Source: Thermomicrobiales bacterium
Lineage (GTDB): Bacteria > Chloroflexota > Chloroflexia > Thermomicrobiales > CFX8
Direction: 5' to 3'
NCBI GenBank assembly: GCA_037045155.1
Contig: JBAOIG010000003.1
Coordinates: forward strand, 5,818 to 69,817
DNA: 64,000 bases
Made by a program: the position numbers and the translations under genes. Shown here piece by piece: positions 20,991-30,344 of this stretch (positions are counted from its first letter, which is position 1; each line of letters starts with the position of its first letter). The notes below the pieces were generated by a model. It worked only from the letters and a program-made list of their open reading frames with translations, was not told the origin of the DNA and did no database searches.

Positions 20991-21020
20991 GACCGGCGCC
21001 TGATCGACGTATCAGGCGTC
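20991..21020 (+). other. intercistronic stem-loop between binding-protein and permease genes
   Basis: CCGGCGCCTGAT-CGACGT-ATCAGGCGTCGG forms a ~12-bp stem with no U-tract. This is typical of mRNA-stabilising hairpins after SBP genes. Confidence 0.35.
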
Positions 21021-21046
21021 GGCCATCACCCGAGAGGCCATCACTC

Positions 21047-21979
21047 ATGGGCTCGTACGTCATGCACCGCGTGCTGCAGATGCTCATTGCAGTCTTCGGC
21101 ATTTCGGTGATCGTGTTCATCATCACCAACATGATCGGCGACCCGGTCAACGTCCTGCTCCCGCCGGAAACTCCCTACGAGCAGCGCGAGATCTATCGCG
21201 AGCAGATGGGGTTCAACCGGCCGTTGATCGTTCAGTATGCGGACTTCTTCTCAAGCGCTGTTCGCGGCGACTTCGGCAAGTCATTCCGCGCCGAGCGGCC
21301 GGCCCTGTCGATCGTCATGGAGCGGATGCCGGCTACGTTGCTGCTGACCGTCTCGGGGACGATCGTAGCGACGATCATTGCCATCCCGATGGGTATCCTC
21401 TCCGCGTACAAGCGGCATACGATCTGGGACAACATCTCGACACTCTTCGTCGTCGCCGGCCAGGCGATGCCGATCTTCTGGCTGGGCCTGATGCTGATCA
21501 TCATCTTCGGGGTCAACCTGAAGTGGTTGCCTCCCTCCGGGTATGGGGAGATGGGGATAGACCGGCTCAAGCACCTGATTCTGCCGACGATCGTGCTCGG
21601 CGTTTTTCTGGCGCCGGTTACCGAGCGGCTGGTGCGATCTGGCATGCTCGACGCTCTCACGCAGGATTACGTCCGCACGGCGCGGGCGAAGGGCCTGAAT
21701 GAGCGGGTCGTTCTCAGCCGCCACGCCTTCCGCAACACGATGATCCCGGTTATCACCGTCCTGGGGTTGCAGTTCGGGCAGCTCCTCGGCGGCGCAGTCA
21801 TCACCGAGACAGTCTTCGCCTGGCCGGGAGTCGGCCTGCTCGCGATCGATTCAATCCGCAACGCGGACTTTCCGGTGACCCAGGCGGCAGTCGTGACACT
21901 GGCGGTGATCATCAGCCTGGTCAACCTGCTGGTTGACCTTGTTGTCGGCATGATCGACCCGCGTATCCGTCCGTCATAG
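21047..21979 (+). CDS. ABC transporter permease (DppB/OppB-like)
   Basis: 310-aa polytopic membrane protein with the BPD_transp_1 EAA-type loop (YVRTARAKGLNERVVLSRHAFRN). Confidence 0.85.
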   Translation: MGSYVMHRVLQMLIAVFGISVIVFIITNMIGDPVNVLLPPETPYEQREIYREQMGFNRPLIVQYADFFSSAVRGDFGKSFRAERPALSIVMERMPATLLLTVSGTIVATIIAIPMGILSAYKRHTIWDNISTLFVVAGQAMPIFWLGLMLIIIFGVNLKWLPPSGYGEMGIDRLKHLILPTIVLGVFLAPVTERLVRSGMLDALTQDYVRTARAKGLNERVVLSRHAFRNTMIPVITVLGLQFGQLLGGAVITETVFAWPGVGLLAIDSIRNADFPVTQAAVVTLAVIISLVNLLVDLVVGMIDPRIRPS

Positions 21980-22043
21980 CCGCGAGCATCATCGCGGGCT
22001 CCGGCTGCCGGGCATGCCCGATCGGCGACCGCAGGGAGGATTC

Positions 22044-22976
22044 ATGGCATCTGTTGGTTCCACGACGCCGGAGATGGTCGAGTCCGCATTCTCACCGCAG
22101 CGGACCCGACGCCGGACGTTGCGCTCCGTCCTGAAGGCCGCCTGGAAGCTGCGCATGTCGGTCGCTGGGGGACTTGTCCTGTTGATCCTGATCGCCATCG
22201 CCATTGCGGCGCCGATTCTGACTCCGTACAGCCCGGAGGAGGGGCGCATCGCTAACCGGCTCCAGCCGCCGGTCTGGCAGGGTGGCTCATGGTCGCACCC
22301 GCTTGGGACCGATGGCATCGGCCGCGACTACGCTACCCGGCTGGCGTATGGGGCACGCGTTGCGCTGACGGTCGGGCTGCTTGCGACGCTGCTTTCTGGC
22401 GCGATCGGAATTGCGCTCGGTGTGCTGGCCGGCTTCTTCGGCGGCCGGATCGACGCTGTCATCTCGACGCTGGTGAATATCATGATGACGTTTCCGTTCA
22501 TCCTGCTGGCGTTAGCGGTGATCTCCGTCCTCGGAGCGAGCTTCCTGAATGTCGTGATTGTGCTGGGGGTCGGAGCCTGGCCGATCTATACCCGCGTGGT
22601 GAAGTTCGAGGTCGAGCGGATCAAGTCGCTGGACTATATCCAGGCCGGCCACGTGCTCGGAGCGAGCAACCTGCGGCTGATGACCCGCCACATCCTGCCG
22701 AACCTGGTCAACGCGATCATCGTCATCGGCACCGTCCAGGTCGCCCGGCTGATCATCTCCGAAGCGTTCCTCAGCTTCCTGGGTCTCGGCATTCAGCCGC
22801 CGACGCCGAGCTGGGGCTATATGCTCCAGGAATCGCAGGCATTCATGTTCTCCTGGAGCGACCTCTGGCTGCCGACCCTGCCGGGGCTGGCAATCTTCAT
22901 CACCGCGCTGTCGATCAACTTCGTCGGCGACGGACTGCGCGACGTGATGGATCCCCACCAGCGCGCCGCGCTGTAA
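22044..22976 (+). CDS. ABC transporter permease (DppC/OppC-like)
   Basis: ATG 22044 preceded by AGGGAGGA. Membrane protein with the conserved loop DYIQAGHVLGASNLRLMTRHILPN. Confidence 0.85.
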   Translation: MASVGSTTPEMVESAFSPQRTRRRTLRSVLKAAWKLRMSVAGGLVLLILIAIAIAAPILTPYSPEEGRIANRLQPPVWQGGSWSHPLGTDGIGRDYATRLAYGARVALTVGLLATLLSGAIGIALGVLAGFFGGRIDAVISTLVNIMMTFPFILLALAVISVLGASFLNVVIVLGVGAWPIYTRVVKFEVERIKSLDYIQAGHVLGASNLRLMTRHILPNLVNAIIVIGTVQVARLIISEAFLSFLGLGIQPPTPSWGYMLQESQAFMFSWSDLWLPTLPGLAIFITALSINFVGDGLRDVMDPHQRAAL

Positions 22977-23029
22977 TCTGTCGTGACGCCGCGGGAGTCC
23001 GACAGGGTACACGCGCGTTGGTCGCGCCC

Positions 23030-24310
23030 GACGAATGACGCTGATCACCGTACTGAGTACATCGACTAGCATGAAGTGTCCTGTACTGTGGTGCGACAGC
23101 CACCCCGGCCGTTTGTCATGCTGAGCCTCAGCGAAGCATCTCCTCATGCTGGATGCATTCAGACGCAGGAGAGATCCTTCGGCTGCGGCCTCAGGATGAC
23201 AAGGTGCGGGGAGGCTGCCAACCTGACACATCATGCTAGTCACTGTACTGAGTGGCCCGACCAGCGTGACGTGTCGGATTGTTGGTTGCGGCCGCCACCC
23301 CTCCCTCTGTCATCCGACGCCTAGAGGGCACCCGGCAGTGAAGGATCCGGTTCCCTGCGTTCGGTCGCAGCTGGCGGGGAGGAACGGATTCTTCGCTGCG
23401 GCTCAGAATGACAGGAGGCGGGGAACCGTCCAGAATGACAGGATCACTGCGGTCGACGACTCAGTGCACCGACTAGCGTGATGTGTCCTGTACTGTGGTG
23501 CGACAGCCACCCCGGCCGTTTGTCATGCTGAGCCTCAGCGAAGCATCTCCTCATGCTGGATGCATTCAGACGCAGGAGAGATCCTTCGGCTGCGGCCTCA
23601 GGATGACAAGGTGCGGGGAGGCTGCCAACCTGACACATCATGCTAGTCACTGTACTGAGTGGCCCGACCAGCGTGAAATGTCGGATTGTTGGTTGCGGCC
23701 GCCACCCCATCTCTCTGTCATCTTCTGCCCAGAGGGCGCCCGCGCAGCCGAAGGATCCGTTTCCCTGCGTCGTTCGCTGCCGCCGAGGAGGGACGGATGT
23801 TTCGCTCCGGGCGCCCTCTGGACGATACATGACAAGACACGGGACTGGCTGCCGACCTGACACATCACGCTGGTCGGAGCACTGAGTAGTCGACCAGCGT
23901 GATGCGTCCTGTACTGTGGTGCGACAGCCACCACCGCTCGTTGTCATTCCGAGCCGCAGCGAGGAATCTCCCCTGGCTGGATGCATTCAGACGCAGGAGA
24001 GATCCTTCGGCTGCGCGGGCGCCCTCTGGGCAGAGGATGACAAGGTGCGGGTAGGCTGCCAACCTGACACTTTATCCTAGTCGGAACACAGAGTCGTCGA
24101 CAGCAGTGATTCTGTCATTCTGAGCCGCAGCGAAGAATCCGTTCCTCCCCGTCGGCTGCGACCGAACGCAGGGGGCCGGATCCTTCACTCCGTTCAGGAT
24201 GACAGAGAAATGGGAGGCTGCCGGCCTGACATATTCACTGCGGTCGACTACTGAGAATGACGGGGGATGGCGCAGACTGCTGACTCCACATGTCATGCGG
24301 GCTCAGACAT
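23030..24310. repeat. cluster of at least 6 MITE-like hairpin repeat units, including a 407-bp tandem duplication
   Basis: ORFs at 23076 and 23483 share an identical 64-aa N-terminus, so the same DNA recurs at a 407-bp period. A third related copy lies at ~23880-24070, with inverted copies between and after. Each ~200-bp unit carries the GTCAT.C.GAGCC.CAGCGA.G.ATC / GATCCTTCGGCTGCG..AGGATGAC inverted arms. Confidence 0.85.
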
Positions 24311-24420
24311 TCGATATGTTGACACACAGGGGGTGTCGCTAACGCACACTTGATATACGTCACTATGGTCGTGACGAGCTGGAGTTGGGAGCATGGCCTG
24401 ATACGCCGGTGAATTGCCGG

Positions 24421-24714
24421 CTACCGCAATTTGTTGAAGAGTTGCTCGGCCTCGGTCTCGGTGAACGCGCGGTATGACTCGGTCCGGATATTCCCCGTGC
24501 CGGCGAGCTGCAGAAGTGACACCGATAGCGTTTCCTCATCCGGCGCTTCGACCACGGCCATCAGATCGTACGGGCCGGTCGTCCACCAGATCCCCTTGAA
24601 TATCGCCCCTGCTGGCTCGAACATTGCCTTTGCCTGCCGATATCGGGTGACGCTATCGGCAGCTGCCCTGACCCCCTGATCTGTCCAGTGCATGAGTATG
24701 ACGTAGGTAGGCAT
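24421..24714 (-). CDS. GYD domain protein
   Basis: ATG 24714 gives MPTYVILMHWTDQG...GPYDLMAVVEAPDEETL..., 97 aa, the typical GYD family pattern. Confidence 0.65.
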   Translation of the reverse strand: MPTYVILMHWTDQGVRAAADSVTRYRQAKAMFEPAGAIFKGIWWTTGPYDLMAVVEAPDEETLSVSLLQLAGTGNIRTESYRAFTETEAEQLFNKLR

Positions 24715-24878
24715 GCTGGCTCCCTTGTGCAAGCGGCCATGCTCCCGGGAACACACCCACTCTACACCCGCCGCTGGGCCTGTCAACGCCATATCATCTG
24801 ACATCGTTGTCAGCAGCGGAGAGCGTCCCGTATCCTGTCGCCCCAGGCCTATTGCATGAACAGAGATGGCAGCCAGCG

Positions 24879-26804
24879 ATGCAACCAGCCCCGCGCGCCG
24901 ACGATGAGTCGGTTGAGATCGAGAGCGTACTGCCCGAAGACGATCGCCTCCAGCCGCCGGCACATACACGCGCGCACGCGAACCTGCCTGACCCCGAGGC
25001 CGAGTTCGCCCGCGCCGCGGCAGACCCGCAAGGCTTCTGGGCGGAGGTCGCCCAGGATTTCGACTGGTTCCGGCCATGGGACACGGTCCTGACTGGTGAT
25101 TATCCCCACCACCGCTGGTTCGATGGCGCGCAGGTAAACATCACCGTCAACGCGCTCGATCGCCACGCGACGGGGCCACGAGCGAACAAGGTCGCCTACA
25201 TCGCGCTCGGCGAAGATGGCAGCGAGCGGGTCGTCACTTACCGCCAACTGCTGCGGCTGGTCAACCGATTTGCGAACGTCTTGCGCTCGCGCGGCGTCTC
25301 GACCGGCGATCGGGTCGTCATCTACATGCCGTTGTCGCTGGAGGGCATTGTCGCGATGCTTGCCTGCGCGCGGATCGGCGCGATCCACAGCGTCGTCTAC
25401 GCCGGCCTCGGCGTTGGGGCGCTGCGCGATCGGATCGTAGACGCCGAGGCGCGCGTCATCGTCACGGCCGATGTCGGCTACCGGCGCGGCGCACCGACGC
25501 CACTCAAGCCGATGGTGGACGACGCCATCGCCGGGCTGGACCAGGTCCGCCACATCATCGTCTGGCGGCGTGAATCTCCACGTTGTGAGCTGACCGACGA
25601 GCGCGAACACGATTTCTACGAGCTGCTGAACAACGCCAGCCCGGATTGCCGCGCCGAGCCACTCGATGCCGAGCATCCGCTCTACGTGCTCTACACCTCG
25701 GGGACGACCGGCCGGCCGAAGGGTGTCGTCCACGTCCACGGCGGCTATATGGTCGGGACCACCTACCACCTGCGGACGTTCTGGGATATCAAGGAGGACG
25801 ACGTCTTCTGGTGCATGTCCGACATCGGTTGGGTCGTCGGTCACTCGTACATCGTCTATGCGCCGCTGGTGCTTGGCGCGACAACGGTCTTCCGCGAGGG
25901 ATCCCCCGATTTCCCACACCCGGCCATTGCCTACGAAGTAATCGAGAAATACGGCGTTTCGGTGCTGTTTACTGCGCCAACCGCGATCCGGATGCTGATG
26001 AAGTTCGGCAGCGACGCCCCAGCCCGCTACGATCTGCGCTCGCTGCGGTTGGTGACCTGCGCTGGTGAGCCGCTGAATCCCGAAGCCTGGCGCTGGGCCT
26101 ATCGCGAGCTGTGCGGCTACGGCGAGCACGCCTGGCTGATCGACAACTGGTGGCAAACTGAGCTTGGCGGGCCGACGATCGCGACCTTGCCGGCGATGGC
26201 GGCCAAGCCGGGCGCGGCTGGCAAGCCACTGGCCGGCGTTGTCGCCGATATCGTGGATCGGGCGGGAAACCCGGTTGCCGATGGCGTCGGCGGGCTGCTC
26301 GTGCTGCGCCAGCCGTTCCCGCACATGTATCGAGCCGTTTATAACGACCCCGAACGCTACGCGCGTGACTGGTCGGTCGTGCCGGGCGTCTACACCAGCG
26401 GTGACGTCGCGTTGCGTGATGCCGACGGCTACATCACGGTCCTCGGTCGGGCCGACGACGTGATCAACGTGGCAGGGCACCGGATCGGGACGGCCGAGGT
26501 CGAGAGCGCGCTGGTCAGTCACCCTCAGGTGGCCGAGGCGGCCGTGATCGGCAAGCCGGACGAGGTCAAAGGGCAGGCGGTCAAGGCGTTCGTCACGCTA
26601 CGGGCTGGGAACACACCGTCGGACGAGGTGCGCGCCGCGCTGGTCGAGCACGTCCGCCACATCTGCGGCCCGATCGCCACGCCCGCCGAGATCGAGTTCC
26701 GTGAGCGTCTGCCCAAGACTCGCTCGGGCAAGATCATGCGTCGCCTGCTCAAGGCCGAGGAGCTGGGCGTCGACCCCGGCGACCTGACGACGTTGGAGGA
26801 GTAG
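24879..26804 (+). CDS. acs: acetyl-CoA synthetase (AMP-forming acetate-CoA ligase)
   Basis: Collinear with E. coli Acs by eye: YTSGTTGRPKGV, WWQTELGG, SGDVALRDADGYITVLGRADDVINVAGHRIGTAEVESAL, LPKTRSGKIMRR. The start is either ATG 24879 or TTG 24807. Confidence 0.85.
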   Translation: MQPAPRADDESVEIESVLPEDDRLQPPAHTRAHANLPDPEAEFARAAADPQGFWAEVAQDFDWFRPWDTVLTGDYPHHRWFDGAQVNITVNALDRHATGPRANKVAYIALGEDGSERVVTYRQLLRLVNRFANVLRSRGVSTGDRVVIYMPLSLEGIVAMLACARIGAIHSVVYAGLGVGALRDRIVDAEARVIVTADVGYRRGAPTPLKPMVDDAIAGLDQVRHIIVWRRESPRCELTDEREHDFYELLNNASPDCRAEPLDAEHPLYVLYTSGTTGRPKGVVHVHGGYMVGTTYHLRTFWDIKEDDVFWCMSDIGWVVGHSYIVYAPLVLGATTVFREGSPDFPHPAIAYEVIEKYGVSVLFTAPTAIRMLMKFGSDAPARYDLRSLRLVTCAGEPLNPEAWRWAYRELCGYGEHAWLIDNWWQTELGGPTIATLPAMAAKPGAAGKPLAGVVADIVDRAGNPVADGVGGLLVLRQPFPHMYRAVYNDPERYARDWSVVPGVYTSGDVALRDADGYITVLGRADDVINVAGHRIGTAEVESALVSHPQVAEAAVIGKPDEVKGQAVKAFVTLRAGNTPSDEVRAALVEHVRHICGPIATPAEIEFRERLPKTRSGKIMRRLLKAEELGVDPGDLTTLEE

Positions 26805-26811
26805 AGAGGCT

Positions 26812-26972
26812 GGCCCTCATCGCTGCCCAGAGGGCTCCCGCCCCCTCTCCCAATGCTGGGAGAGGGGGTGTTGCGTGGCTTACGTGCTGGTTACCAGTAG
26901 CGATCTCGACAACCCAATCGAGACAAGACCCCCTCTCCCAAAGTTGGGAGAGGGGGCAGGGGGGTGAGGGCC
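26812..26972. repeat. palindromic intergenic element with two CCCCCTCTCCCA-N4-TGGGAGAGGGGG hairpins
   Basis: Hairpins at 26841-26868 and 26929-26956 are nested between the inverted termini GGCCCTCAT (26812) and GGTGAGGGCC (26963-26972). The element lies between the convergent acs and leuS genes. Confidence 0.8.
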
Positions 26973-26981
26973 TCCCCCTCC

Positions 26982-29783
26982 CTACCTGACCACGAAGTTG
27001 ATCAGGCGGCGAGGGACGTAGACTTCCTTGACGACTGTCTTGCCATCCAGATGCTCCGCCACACGTTCGATGCCACGGGCAGCTGCCAGCGCGGTGGGCT
27101 CATCGGCGGCTGGAGAGAGGCTGACGTGGCCGCGGACCTTGCCATTGACCTGGACGACGATCTCGATCGTGTCCTCGGCGGCCAGCTCCTCGCTCCACAC
27201 CGGCCAGGCTTGGGTATGCACCGAGAACGGCTTACCCAGCTTCTCCCACAGCTCTTCGGAGATATACGGCGCGCCGGGCGCCAGCAGCAGTGCCAGCGTC
27301 TCGATCGCCTCGCGCCATGCGGCAGTTGACGCAACGGCGGTGTCCTTCTGGCGCATCAGCTCGTTCACGAACTCCATCAGATGGGCGACCATCGTGTTGA
27401 ACGAGAACGACTCAATATCGCGGGTGACGACGCGGATCGTCTGGTGGGTGACTCGGCGCAGTTGGCGGGTAGCGCCGTCCTCGCGCGCCTCGGCCGGGTT
27501 TGCCATCGTCTCGTTCGCGACCGTCCAGACGCGGTCCAGGAACCGCTGCGGGCCGGCAATGCCACGCGAGTTCCACGGGCCACCGAGATTCCATGGCCCC
27601 AGGAACATCAGGAACAGCCGGACCGTATCAGCGCCCAGCTCGCTGACCAGCTCATCGGGATCGACGACGTTGCCGCGGCTCTTGGACATCTTCTCGGTGT
27701 CTTCGCCCAGGATGATGCCCTGATTGAACAATCGCAGGAACGGCTCGTCGTGATCGACCAGCCCCATGTCGCGAAGAGCCTTGGTGAAGAAGCGCGCGTA
27801 GAGCAGGTGCATCGTCATGTGCTCGACACCGCCGGTGTACTGATCCAGCGGCGTCCACTGGGCAACCCGCGCAGGGTCGATCGGCCCGTCTTCCTTGTGC
27901 GGTGTCAGGTAGCGATACCAGTACCACGACGAGTCCATGAAGGTGTCCATCGTGTCGGTCTCGCGCCGGCCCGGCCCGCCGCACGACGGACAGTTGACAT
28001 TCACGAATCGGTCGTCCGACTTCAGCGGCGATTCGCCCGTCGGGCTGAACTTTGAATCCTCCGGCAGGACGACCGGAAGATCCTCTTCCGGCACTGGCAC
28101 GACACCGCACCGGTCGCAGTAGATAATCGGGAACGGTGTGCCCCAGTAGCGCTGGCGCGAGATCAGCCAGTCGCGCAGTCTGTAGATCACTTCGCCTGCG
28201 CCGGCGTTGTGCTCCTCGAGCCAGTCGATCGTCGTTGCGATTGCAGCGCCACCAGGCGTGGTGCTCAGCGGGCCAGAGTTGATCATCTCGCCATGATCGC
28301 TGTGAAAGGTGATATCGGGTTCGGCGGTAAAGAACGGGATGTTGCGAAGGATCTCCATCGCCGTCCGGCCGGCGCCGGTGCGCTCGACGATCGCACGGTC
28401 CGAGTCGACACTCTCCAGCTCGATGGTCTTGTCCTCGAAGACGACGCCGGTGCGCGCGCCAGCGTAGGGAACCCACTGGCCGGTCTTCAGCTCAGCACGG
28501 ACCATCGATGTGAACTCCGTCATCTGGCGGCCGCTCAACGAAACATGAAATTCACCGCCGGCCTCGGTCGCGGTGACCTTCAGCGTTCCCAGCGCGTGCT
28601 GGAAGCTGGCGCGGTCGCCAACGGCTGCGAACGGCACAACCACGCGCACTTCGCCATCGAGCCGGCGGATGACCGGGATGATCGGCAGGCCGAACTTCAG
28701 CGCGAAGTCGAAGTCGCGTTCGTCGTGAGCCGGGACGGCCATGATCGCGCCGGTGCCGTAGGTGATCAAGACATAGTCGGCGATCCAGACAGGCACGCGC
28801 TCGTTGTTCACCGGGTTGATCGCGTAGCCGCCAGTGAAGACGCCGGTCTTCTCCTTCTCGGTGGACTGCCGGGCGATCTCTGATTCGCGAGCCGTCTGCG
28901 CCTGGTAGTCGGCTACGGCCCCACGCTGCTCATCGGTGGTCAGCTTCTCGACCAGTGGGTGTTCGGGGGCGAGCACCATGAACGTTGCGCCCCAGAGCGT
29001 GTCGGGCCGGGTGGTGAAGACCTCGATCGGATCGCCGTACTCGGTCGTGAAGGTCACCCGCGCGCCTTCGGATCGACCGATCCAGTTGCGCTGCATGATC
29101 TTGCCGCTCTCGGGCCAGACGACGCCGGGGTACTCCAGTAGCTCGTCGGCATACTTGGTGATCCGGAAGAACCACTGCTCCATCTGGCGCTGGTAGACCT
29201 CGGCGCCGCACCGCTCGCAACAACCGTCGACGACCTGCTCGTTGGCCAGCACGGTCTGATCGTTCGGGCACCACCAGACGTTCTGCTTCTTGCGGTAGGC
29301 CAGCCCGTTCTCCAGGAACTTCAGGAAGAACCACTGGTTCCACTTGTAGTACTCGGGCAGACAGGTGACGACTTCAGCGTCCCAGTCGAACATCGTGCCC
29401 ATGCTGCGCATCTGAGCGCGCATGTTCTCGATGTTGGAAAGGGTCCACTTGGTCGGGTGGATGTTGCGCTTGATCGCCGCGTTTTCGGCTGGCAGACCGA
29501 ACGCATCGAACCCCATTGGGAAGAAGACGTTGTAGCCCTGCATCCGCCGATAGCGCGCGGCAGTATCGGACGGCGTCATCGCGTACCAGTGGCCGATGTG
29601 CAGATCGCCGCTGGGGTAGGGGTACATCGTGACCGCGTACCATTTCGGCCGGGAGTCATCCTCCAGATCGGTGCGGTAGAGGCCGGTCTTCTCCCAGATA
29701 TCGCGCCATTTCGCTTCGACTGAGACCGGATCGAAACGTCCGGGCCGGGTCGCGCGGCCGGCCGCGCCATGTGTCGTGCTCAT
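26982..29783 (-). CDS. leuS: leucyl-tRNA synthetase
   Basis: 933 aa with the HIGH motif (YPYPSGDLHIGHWY), the KMSKS motif (EKMSKSRGNVV) and a CP1 editing domain. AGGAAGGTGA RBS lies before ATG 29783. Confidence 0.95.
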   Translation of the reverse strand: MSTTHGAAGRATRPGRFDPVSVEAKWRDIWEKTGLYRTDLEDDSRPKWYAVTMYPYPSGDLHIGHWYAMTPSDTAARYRRMQGYNVFFPMGFDAFGLPAENAAIKRNIHPTKWTLSNIENMRAQMRSMGTMFDWDAEVVTCLPEYYKWNQWFFLKFLENGLAYRKKQNVWWCPNDQTVLANEQVVDGCCERCGAEVYQRQMEQWFFRITKYADELLEYPGVVWPESGKIMQRNWIGRSEGARVTFTTEYGDPIEVFTTRPDTLWGATFMVLAPEHPLVEKLTTDEQRGAVADYQAQTARESEIARQSTEKEKTGVFTGGYAINPVNNERVPVWIADYVLITYGTGAIMAVPAHDERDFDFALKFGLPIIPVIRRLDGEVRVVVPFAAVGDRASFQHALGTLKVTATEAGGEFHVSLSGRQMTEFTSMVRAELKTGQWVPYAGARTGVVFEDKTIELESVDSDRAIVERTGAGRTAMEILRNIPFFTAEPDITFHSDHGEMINSGPLSTTPGGAAIATTIDWLEEHNAGAGEVIYRLRDWLISRQRYWGTPFPIIYCDRCGVVPVPEEDLPVVLPEDSKFSPTGESPLKSDDRFVNVNCPSCGGPGRRETDTMDTFMDSSWYWYRYLTPHKEDGPIDPARVAQWTPLDQYTGGVEHMTMHLLYARFFTKALRDMGLVDHDEPFLRLFNQGIILGEDTEKMSKSRGNVVDPDELVSELGADTVRLFLMFLGPWNLGGPWNSRGIAGPQRFLDRVWTVANETMANPAEAREDGATRQLRRVTHQTIRVVTRDIESFSFNTMVAHLMEFVNELMRQKDTAVASTAAWREAIETLALLLAPGAPYISEELWEKLGKPFSVHTQAWPVWSEELAAEDTIEIVVQVNGKVRGHVSLSPAADEPTALAAARGIERVAEHLDGKTVVKEVYVPRRLINFVVR

Positions 29784-30003
29784 TTCGGGTCACCTTCCTG
29801 GTCAGCCGATCGCTTCAACAGACCATGCTCGCCGTCGAACGGCCGATCCGTTCCGACGGCTCGGCAAGGAACCCGGCACGCCGGATGCCACGCGCAGACT
29901 CACCGGAGCCAGCCATCGGCTGCCTCGTCGGTCGTCTCACGCAGGTGAATCCGGACATCTCGTCGCCCCGCCTTCCAGAACCACGTCGTCCTGCCGTGAG
30001 CGA

Positions 30004-30046
30004 GAAAAAGCAACGAGCCTTCCGCCCGGTCAGGGACGAAAGGCTC
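30004..30046 (-). terminator. T-box attenuator (intrinsic terminator)
   Basis: GAGCCUUUCGUCCC-UGACC-GGGCGGAAGGCUC (30046-30015) is followed by GUUGCUUUUUC. The 5' arm overlaps the antiterminator 3' strand. Confidence 0.75.
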
Positions 30047-30096
30047 GGCTTCCGCGGTACCACCCTGCTTGGCCGGTCCCGCGTCATCCATGTGGG

Positions 30097-30169
30097 TGGA
30101 GCTGCGGGGACTCGAACCCCGTACCTCAACACTGCCAGTGTTGCGCTCTCCCGGATGAGCTACAGCCCC
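30097..30169 (-). tRNA. tRNA-Ala (anticodon GGC)
   Basis: Hand-folded cloverleaf: acceptor GGGGCUG/CAGCUCC with G3:U70; D arm GCUC-AUCCGGGA-GAGC; anticodon arm CAACA-CUGGCAG-UGUUG; variable AGGUA; T arm CGGGG-UUCGAGU-CCCCG; discriminator A73. CCA is not encoded (the genomic sequence reads CCC). Confidence 0.9.
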
Positions 30170-30344
30170 ATGACGATACGTGAGGCCGGCCCGCTTGGAG
30201 GCCTGATAACGGAGGCTACCCGGCGATGGCTCCTGGACGAGTTCGACCGCTCTGCCGCCTCACACCAACCGGCGGCTCGCTGTGTCCGGTCTACTGCTCC
30301 CGATCGACGCTACGCTCGTGCCACGGTCTCCCGTGAACCCGCTA

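Larger units (their letters stand above)
30004..30337 (-). promoter_or_regulatory. T-box riboswitch leader, Leu (CUC) specifier, with embedded tRNA gene
   Basis: On the minus strand: AGCAGUA (30298-30292), AG bulge AGCGAG (30281-30276), distal loop GGUUGGUGUGA (30270-30260), specifier GAA-CUC-G (CUC = 30241-30239), F-box CCGUUA (30212-30207), T-box sequence AGGGUGGUACCGCGG (30066-30052), then the CGUCCCU antiterminator partner and the terminator. Confidence 0.8.

Noticed and set aside
23076-24296. Numerous 60-180-aa ORFs on both strands inside the repeat cluster (for example 23076..23324, 23483..23860, 23444..23986)
   Set aside because: They arise from repeated hairpin DNA. The identical N-termini reflect DNA duplication. 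There are no RBSs, they overlap each other on both strands, and their sequences are low-complexity. They are not credible genes.
23030-24310. Possible CRISPR array
   Set aside because: Repeat units are ~200 bp (407-bp composite period), internally palindromic, present in both orientations and dispersed elsewhere (16.0 kb). There are no 25-40-bp direct repeats with unique spacers and no cas genes.
24849-26522. 557-aa minus-strand ORF antisense to acs
   Set aside because: It is a shadow ORF. The plus strand encodes a full-length acetyl-CoA synthetase with all signature motifs.
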